Part shown: piece by piece, positions 58,388 through 64,000 of the stretch
How positions within the stretch are numbered: the stretch's first letter is position 1
How the letters are laid out: the number at the start of each line of letters is the position of its first letter
DNA from: a virus
Lineage: Duplodnaviria > Heunggongvirae > Uroviricota > Caudoviricetes
Direction: 5' to 3' (one strand)
Length of the DNA stretch: 64,000 nucleotides
IMG/VR virus record: IMGVR_UViG_2823949316_000001
Location: 5,531 to 69,530 of that record
Made by a program: the position numbers and the translations under genes
The notes under the pieces: model-generated
The model's input: only the letters and a program-made list of their open reading frames with translations
Told to the model about the DNA's origin: nothing
The model's database searches: none

Positions 58388-59287
58388 ATGAACGAAGCAG
58401 AGCGCATCGGCGCGAACCCAGAATACCTGAGCATTGGCACCATGCTCAAAGCTCGCCCCTCCGAGGAGGGTGGCGAGCGCTTTATCTATCTGGAAGCCGC
58501 CCGCGAAGGCGTTGACCAGCAGAACGAGTGCGTCCTGGCCAAAGCGCTTGGCGACTCTGCAGAACACTTCCTCAAGTTCGGCAACATCGACATCGATCAC
58601 AAGACCATGCCGGTGATCGCCAAGGCTTACGGTTTGACCCTGGCCGAGGCCCAGTCCCATGAGATCGGCACGCCGGAAGACGTGCAGGTCGACGGCAAGT
58701 CCGTGCTGGTGAAGGCCCGCCTGTACCGTGGCGACACGCCGCTGGCAGCGAACGCGAACATGGTCTGGGACAGCATGACCAAGCTGAACCCGCCGAAGCG
58801 CTGGTATGCGTCCGTGGGCGGCGCGACTCTGGCGAAAGCCGCCGGCATCGACCCGGCCACCAAGAACCGCGTCGAATTCGTGACGAAGGTGCGCTGGTCG
58901 AATCTCGCGATCAGCCAGCAGCCTGTGAACCAGCATGTCTCCCCGGTCAGCACCATTCCATTTGGTGCCCTGGCCAAGTGCTGGACGGCTGAAGGCTTCA
59001 ACATGGCCAAGGCCCTGGAGGCGAGCTTCGCCACCGACGCCGCGGCAAAGACCGGCGGCGCCGCGCTCGGCATGCAGTCGCTCGATACCGGCAGCAACCA
59101 GCCGGTCAGCTACTACGACTTCCGCAACAAATTGGCCGATGCGCTGCAGGGCAGCCTGGTCGGCCAGAACATGCACGCGATGATCGATCACGCGGTGCAA
59201 GAATTCAGTCTGTCGCCAGATGAGGCGGCGGAGTGGGTGGATCGCTTCCTGAGCGATTTGAAATCTAGTCTATCCAAACGGAGCTAA
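58388..59287 (+). CDS. Head-module protein (299 aa), possibly prohead protease or head accessory protein
   Basis: Position between the MuF-like gene and the scaffold. No catalytic motif recognised. Confidence 0.45.
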   Translation: MNEAERIGANPEYLSIGTMLKARPSEEGGERFIYLEAAREGVDQQNECVLAKALGDSAEHFLKFGNIDIDHKTMPVIAKAYGLTLAEAQSHEIGTPEDVQVDGKSVLVKARLYRGDTPLAANANMVWDSMTKLNPPKRWYASVGGATLAKAAGIDPATKNRVEFVTKVRWSNLAISQQPVNQHVSPVSTIPFGALAKCWTAEGFNMAKALEASFATDAAAKTGGAALGMQSLDTGSNQPVSYYDFRNKLADALQGSLVGQNMHAMIDHAVQEFSLSPDEAAEWVDRFLSDLKSSLSKRS

Positions 59288-59289
59288 AC

Positions 59290-59919
59290 ATGAGCACTGG
59301 CAAATTCGATGAATTGCTCGCTCAGCTCAATGCTGAGCAAGAAGAGCAATCCACCCTGGCCAAGGCCCTTCCGGCGGATGGCGGTGAGGACGACAAGGCG
59401 ATCCAAACTGCTTCCGCTGAAGGTGCCGAAGGCGAGAACACCAATCCCGAGGACGAAGGCGAAGAGGGCAAGCAGCCCCTGGCCAAGTCCATGACCACCG
59501 CCGAAGGCGAAGAGCTGGAAATCGTCGACGCAGGTGAGCTGATCAAGTCGCTGCACGACCTGACCGGCCGCACCACCGTGGTCGAGGAAACCCTGACCAA
59601 GGGCCTGGAAGCCGCTCTCGGTCTGATCAAGGGCCAAGGCGACATGATCAAGTCCCTGCAGGGCCAGATCAGCAAGCTGGGTGGCCAAGGCGCTGGTCGC
59701 AAGACCGTGCTGGCTGTGCACGAGCGCGCCGCTCCTGCCGCCGAAACCCTGGCCAAGTCCCAAGCCGAAGAAGGCATGACCAAGGAACAGTTCCTGGCCA
59801 AGTCCGAAGCTGCCTGGCAGGCCAACAAGATCACCGGCATCGAATTCTCCGCAGTGGACGCAGCTTTGCGCACCGGCGGCAAGCTCGACCCGTCGCTGAT
59901 CCAACGCATCGTTCAGTAA
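59290..59919 (+). CDS. Putative scaffolding protein (209 aa, acidic, coiled coil)
   Basis: Highly acidic N-terminus (EGENTNPEDEGEEG), heptad-like middle. Immediately precedes the major capsid gene. Confidence 0.5.
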   Translation: MSTGKFDELLAQLNAEQEEQSTLAKALPADGGEDDKAIQTASAEGAEGENTNPEDEGEEGKQPLAKSMTTAEGEELEIVDAGELIKSLHDLTGRTTVVEETLTKGLEAALGLIKGQGDMIKSLQGQISKLGGQGAGRKTVLAVHERAAPAAETLAKSQAEEGMTKEQFLAKSEAAWQANKITGIEFSAVDAALRTGGKLDPSLIQRIVQ

Positions 59920-59961
59920 CCCGCCGCACTGGCAAAACCATCCACTGAGGATACCAAATCG

Positions 59962-61470
59962 ATGGACGCAAACTCCCTACTCGCTCAGCTTGCCAGCAGC
60001 GCAACTGCTACGAGCGGCGGCAACTCCCAGCTCGGCGGCTCGATGGGCGGCGCAGGCGCTGACCTGCTGAAAGCCCTCGAGGCCAGCAACTACCAGACCG
60101 ACGTCGCCACCCTGGACGGCGGTGGTGCTCTCGGCATCCAGTCGCTGGACACCGCGATGAAGACCGTTGTTCAGGAAGAGAAGCACTTCACCCTGTTCAA
60201 CCGCCTGCAGCGCACCAACGCCACCAACATCGTCGACGAGTACACCCGTCAGAACAACATCGGCGGCTTCCTGGGCGGCTCGACCAACACCCAGATGGGT
60301 CAGGTTCGCGCGGCTACCGGCGAATACAAGCGCGAAGTTGGCTTCGTGAAGTTCCTGATGACCCTGCGTCAGGTCGGTTACGTGCTGAACGTCGGCAACA
60401 ACCTGGCCCAGCCGCTGGCTGTCGAAGAGCGCAACGGTGCCAAGCAGCTGCTCACCGACGCCAACTACCTGCTGTATCACGGCAACGCTGATGCCAGCCC
60501 GACCCAGTACGACGGCATCATCAAGCAGATCGAAGACGGCGTTTCCAAGGGCGAGATCGCTCCGGAAAACGTCATCGACATGCAGGGCAAGAAGCTCGAC
60601 AGCGTCGAGGCCTTCAGCCAGGTCAACGTTTCCGTGGGCAACTACGGTTCGTGGGGCCGCAGCACCGACGTGTTCCTGCCGATGAGCGTGCAGAACGACC
60701 TCAACCAGGGTCTGGATCCTGCCTTCCGCTGGACTCCGCAGGGCATGAACACCCCGATGGTCGGTGGCCATGTCGAAGGCATCCGTCTGCAGGGTGGCGT
60801 TCTGCGCACCAACGAAGACACCTTCATCCATAACGAGTACCACCCGATGGTGTCGCCGTTCGAGGTGACTCAGCCGGTCGTGGCCGCTGCCAACGCCGCA
60901 TTCAAGCCTGCCAGCATCGCCGGCGTGGCTGCTGCCGACGCATCGTCCCAGTTCACCAGCACTCGTGCCGGTAACTACTTCTACGCTGTCGCCGGTATCG
61001 GCGCCAACGGTGAAGGCCTGACTGCTGTCGTGAAGTCGGCCCAGGTCGCAGTTGCTGCGGGCAACAAGGTCACCCTGACCATCACCCCGTCTGCCGCGAA
61101 CTCCGAAACTGGCTACGCGATCTATCGCAGCCGCCAGAACGGCAGCAACGACACCGCCGACATGCGTCTGGTGAAGGTCATCGCGAAGGCCCAGGGTGCC
61201 AACACCGTGTTCGTCGACCTGAACCGCGACATCCCGGGCACCGTCACTGTGCCGCTGCTGAACATGGACACCGGCGCCGATGCCATCGGCTGGCGTCAGT
61301 TCCAGCCGATGACCAAGATCCCGCTGCCCTTCGGTGTCGGTGGTGTCCCGGTTCATTCCTGGTTCCAGTTTCTATTCGGTTACCTCCGCGTGACCAAGCC
61401 GAAGCACCACGGCATGATCAAAAATATCTTGCCCTCAAACTCGAAGTGGCGCCCGCACCAAGGGGAGTAA
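59962..61470 (+). CDS. Putative major capsid protein (502 aa)
   Basis: Large Gly/Ala/Thr-rich structural-looking protein following the scaffold. Very high codon adaptation (third-position G/C). Assignment by synteny. Confidence 0.55.
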   Translation: MDANSLLAQLASSATATSGGNSQLGGSMGGAGADLLKALEASNYQTDVATLDGGGALGIQSLDTAMKTVVQEEKHFTLFNRLQRTNATNIVDEYTRQNNIGGFLGGSTNTQMGQVRAATGEYKREVGFVKFLMTLRQVGYVLNVGNNLAQPLAVEERNGAKQLLTDANYLLYHGNADASPTQYDGIIKQIEDGVSKGEIAPENVIDMQGKKLDSVEAFSQVNVSVGNYGSWGRSTDVFLPMSVQNDLNQGLDPAFRWTPQGMNTPMVGGHVEGIRLQGGVLRTNEDTFIHNEYHPMVSPFEVTQPVVAAANAAFKPASIAGVAAADASSQFTSTRAGNYFYAVAGIGANGEGLTAVVKSAQVAVAAGNKVTLTITPSAANSETGYAIYRSRQNGSNDTADMRLVKVIAKAQGANTVFVDLNRDIPGTVTVPLLNMDTGADAIGWRQFQPMTKIPLPFGVGGVPVHSWFQFLFGYLRVTKPKHHGMIKNILPSNSKWRPHQGE

Positions 61471-61498
61471 TGGCGTCCACACGCTAGAGTGAGTTAGA

Positions 61499-61522
61499 AT
61501 GGCGGCCTTTATAGGCCGCCAT
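61499..61522 (+). terminator. Perfect 9-bp-arm hairpin ATGGCGGCC-TTTATA-GGCCGCCAT + TTCTATTT after the capsid gene
   Basis: Strong stem-loop 29 nt after the capsid stop. The ORF-track start at 61499 runs through it, so the real downstream start is taken at 61535. Confidence 0.6.
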
Positions 61523-61534
61523 TTCTATTTGACC

Positions 61535-62437
61535 ATGCCAAAATTTACGATCGACGAATGCTTTGAAGAGGCAAAAAAATACAGCGCGAGAGTTGATTTT
61601 TTCAAAGGAAGCCCGGCCGCATACGCCGCTCTTCAGAAAAGAAAACTGCTTTCTGATGCTTGCTCCCACATGACGCTTTCTCCCAGGTATTCGTACACGC
61701 GCTGGGACGTTGCATCGGCATTCGCTGAGGCAGCGAAATACAAAAATCGAGCTGAGTTCAAGCGCAAATGTCCTGGCGCCTACGAGTTCGCGCTGGCCAA
61801 CGAAATCCTAGACCAGGCATGCTCAACAATGCGTAGTGGGCATCGCTTTTGGCACCTGTTTGAGCTTATGGCGGTCGCGCTGAAGTATGATGACTGGGGT
61901 CAATTTCAAAGGCATGAGCGTCAAGCCTACACTTACGCTACGAAATACAAGCTGCAGGCTCTAGCTAGCTCTCACATGAAAAAGTTGCGCATCACCTGGA
62001 CAAAGGATTTGGCAATGGCCGAGGCCGCCAAGCACCAGTCGCGCGGACTATTCCAGGCAGCAGCCTCCGGCGCCTACAAGCACGCCGATCAATATGGTTA
62101 CCTCGACGAGGCGTGTGCCCACATGCCGCCACCGGAGTATGGGTTCTCGAAGGAAAAGCCGTCCGTGCTTTACCATCTCCGCATCACCACCCCTAGCGTC
62201 GTGCTCTACAAAATCGGCATTACAAACCGAGATCCTGCCGCAAGGGTGAAAGGCATGGGAGTGCCGGCGGGCACTGATGTCGAGGTTCTGGACATGATCA
62301 AATTTGAATCTGGTCGTGATGCCAGAATCGCAGAGAAGCGTTTGCATCGGCGGCATGCCGAGCATCGCTACACTGGAGCGCCGGTGTTGAAGAACGGAAA
62401 TACCGAGCTTTTCACCGTCAACGTTCTCGAAATTTAG
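61535..62437 (+). CDS. T5orf172/GIY-YIG-superfamily domain protein with four ~60-aa N-terminal tandem repeats, encoded in a low-GC insertion
   Basis: C-terminal ...VLYKIGITNRDPAARVKGM...DARIAEKRLHRRH...GNTELF (T5orf172-like). Repeats KYxxRxxFxxxxxGAYxxAxxxxLLDEACxHM x4. GC content is clearly below flanking genes. Confidence 0.55.
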   Translation: MPKFTIDECFEEAKKYSARVDFFKGSPAAYAALQKRKLLSDACSHMTLSPRYSYTRWDVASAFAEAAKYKNRAEFKRKCPGAYEFALANEILDQACSTMRSGHRFWHLFELMAVALKYDDWGQFQRHERQAYTYATKYKLQALASSHMKKLRITWTKDLAMAEAAKHQSRGLFQAAASGAYKHADQYGYLDEACAHMPPPEYGFSKEKPSVLYHLRITTPSVVLYKIGITNRDPAARVKGMGVPAGTDVEVLDMIKFESGRDARIAEKRLHRRHAEHRYTGAPVLKNGNTELFTVNVLEI

Positions 62438-62455
62438 CGATCAGAGGATCCTTCC

Positions 62456-62884
62456 ATGCCCCGCGTAATTTGTGACCTGCCGTTCGCCAGCGATCTGATC
62501 AACGGCGTTGCATTCCATCCGCTCGACCAGGGCGGCAAGATTTCCGACGACATCGAGACCGAGCTGGCCGAGTGGTTCGCCACCATCCCCGGCTACAAGC
62601 TGGACGAGGAAGGCACCGAGCCCGAGGCGCCGGTAGTGACCCCGCCCCCGAAGCTGACCAAGGCCCAGCAGAAGGCTGCCGATAAGGCTGCCGCGCAGAA
62701 GGCCGCGGAAGAAGCGGCAGCCAAGGCGAAGCCCGAGGCTCCGGCGACCACCGAGACCGCTGCAACCGAGTCCCAGGCCGAGACCCAGTCTGAGGGCGAC
62801 ACCCAGACCGAAACCCAGTCCGAAACCGAAACTGAGACCGAAGCCACGGCCTCGGAAGAAGGTTCGCAGGACGCAGTGTTCTAA
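62456..62884 (+). CDS. Hypothetical protein (142 aa) with Ala/Lys-rich and Thr/Glu-rich low-complexity tail
   Basis: ORF-track protein. RBS GAGGATCC. Confidence 0.45.
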   Translation: MPRVICDLPFASDLINGVAFHPLDQGGKISDDIETELAEWFATIPGYKLDEEGTEPEAPVVTPPPKLTKAQQKAADKAAAQKAAEEAAAKAKPEAPATTETAATESQAETQSEGDTQTETQSETETETEATASEEGSQDAVF

Positions 62885-62893
62885 GGAGGACAC

Positions 62894-63037
62894 ATGAAGG
62901 AGACCATCCGCAAGCTGTTGAACAACCTCAACATCGGCACCAACAAGGCGAAGGTCGGCGACTATGTTGCCAGCCTGGAAGACCGCATCAAGACCCTGGA
63001 GACCAAGGTCGCCGCTCTGGAATCTGCCGCCGCCTGA
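62894..63037 (+). CDS. Small coiled-coil protein (47 aa, MKETIRKLLNNLNIGTNKAKVGDYVASLEDRIKTLETKVAALESAAA)
   Basis: AAGGAGGA RBS 6 nt upstream. Followed by a terminator. Confidence 0.4.
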   Translation: MKETIRKLLNNLNIGTNKAKVGDYVASLEDRIKTLETKVAALESAAA

Positions 63038-63055
63038 CCGGCGTGATGTCACACT

Positions 63056-63081
63056 AAAGGCCGCCGCGTGCGGCCTTTTTC
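63056..63081 (+). terminator. Rho-independent terminator (GGCCGC-CGCGT-GCGGCC + TTTTTCTT)
   Basis: Perfect GC stem + T-run. Confidence 0.6.
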
Positions 63082-63094
63082 TTGAGGATTTTTC

Positions 63095-63969
63095 ATGACC
63101 ACGATCATCGCCGGCAGCCCGGCCAGCTTCTCCGTAACCGTCCAGGCGAACGGCCAGCCTGTGCCGATCACGGGCGGCGTCGAGGCCCGTGTCTTCTCCA
63201 TGGACGGCAAGCAGGAGTTCGTGCCGGCCTTCCCGGCCCAGGGCGACGCATCCGGTGCTGTCGCGGTCGAGCTCGACGATACCCAGACCGGCACGCTGCC
63301 AGCCGGCGACGTCATGCTCGTGCTGTCGGGCGGCTTCGGGATCAAGCGGTTCAAGCTGACAGTGGAGACGCTGTTCGAGCCCACTCGCACATCCCTGTTC
63401 ATCAAAGACATCATCATCGAGGAGCTGCGCAACGATCGCCTGATGGCGGCCGCTGCCGGCGTGCTGCAGGACGTGGTGGTGAGCGACGACTACCTGTGGG
63501 ACAAGATTCGGGCCGCAGAATCCGAGCTGTCGCACACCCTGCGCGTGCCGTTGGTGCCCACCCGCTTTTTCCCGAACCAGCCCACCCAGGAGCAGATCGA
63601 CGCACTGGACGGCATGGCCTGGGCGGTCGAGGTCGGCAACGACTACGACCCGACCATGTGGCAGGGCGACAAGTGGGGCTTCATCGTTACCCGCGAGCGC
63701 CCGATCATCTCGATTGATGACCTGGTGTTCCGGTACCCGGGCGGCAGCTTCGGTGTGGTGAACATCCCGCCGCAGTGGATCAACGTCGACGCGAAGTACG
63801 GTCACGTGCGCATCGTGCCGACCACCAGCGTGGTCTACAACGGCATGGCCGGCGCCGTGATGATGGCCGGCGTCAGCGGGCGGATCATTCCGTCCATGAT
63901 CCAGATGACCTACACCGCGGGCCTGACCGACGTTGCCAACACCTACCCGGAGCTGCTGGACGCCATTAA
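63095..63969 (+). CDS. Phage structural-module protein, 3'-truncated by window edge (MTTIIAGSPASFSVTVQANGQ...)
   Basis: ATG at 63095 (GAGGATTTTTC upstream). Clean frame to the window end with no stop, so it is absent from the ORF track. The overlapping ORF-track entry 63082..63717 is in another frame and is Arg/Pro-rich. Confidence 0.5.
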
Positions 63970-64000
63970 GAAGAAGGCCGTGCTCAAGGTCGTCGGCGAC

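Noticed and set aside
63082-63717. 211-aa plus-strand ORF in the last kb
   Set aside because: Arg/Pro/Gly-rich frame. The alternative frame starting ATG 63095 gives a balanced, structural-protein-like sequence running to the window edge.
1-63969. tRNA, rRNA, tmRNA and CRISPR arrays
   Set aside because: No convincing candidates recognisable by eye. A tRNAscan/Infernal/CRISPR-finder run would be needed to exclude them.

Overview
The window lies entirely inside a mosaic temperate-phage (prophage) genome of a high-GC (~63% GC, Pseudomonas-like codon usage) proteobacterium. Both window edges cut phage genes. Layout, left to right: (i) a leftward recombination operon (partial SSAP-like gene, SMC/SbcC-like ATPase, small coupled gene, YqaJ-type exonuclease); (ii) a divergent control region and a rightward replication module (Cro-like HTH, SF2 helicase, SSB, VRR-NUC, CHC2-primase/P-loop NTPase); (iii) about 7 kb of leftward accessory operons, each started from a promoter overlapping a near-perfect palindromic operator of the TTGATCAAATTTGATCAA family, followed by an Rha-like regulator gene; (iv) an iteron-rich, strongly AT-rich island (candidate origin/control hub); (v) about 31 kb of rightward, mostly translationally coupled small genes interspersed with moron-like units (ParB-MTase, two further orphan MTases, AraC regulator, HigBA, acyl carrier protein, SPFH protein, metallophosphoesterase, lambda-type Ser/Thr phosphatase, NUDIX, HNH, Rmf/CrpP-like proteins) and a 1295-aa polyvalent protein that joins tandem repeats, an atypical-kinase-like domain and a C-terminal R-S-ExE ADP-ribosyltransferase-like domain, followed by NUDIX and HNH genes; (vi) the start of the morphogenesis module (GpA-like large terminase, a leftward moron cluster with SprT-like, MazG-like and secreted proteins, portal, MuF-like protein, scaffold, major capsid protein, a low-GC T5orf172/GIY-YIG-like insertion). 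Two recurring non-coding motif families stand out: a 20-bp TTCGGGCGC-N5-GGGCGC element (9 copies, one orientation, after terminator hairpins and ahead of accessory units) and a short GC hairpin followed by AGGGGAAAGGAAnnTG that heads at least a dozen genes. No tRNA, rRNA or CRISPR array could be supported. Functional calls rest on motifs read by eye from the ORF-track translations (Walker A/B, DPPY/NPPF, HExxH, Nudix box, HNH, GDxHG/GNHD, R/STS/ExE), not on database searches.
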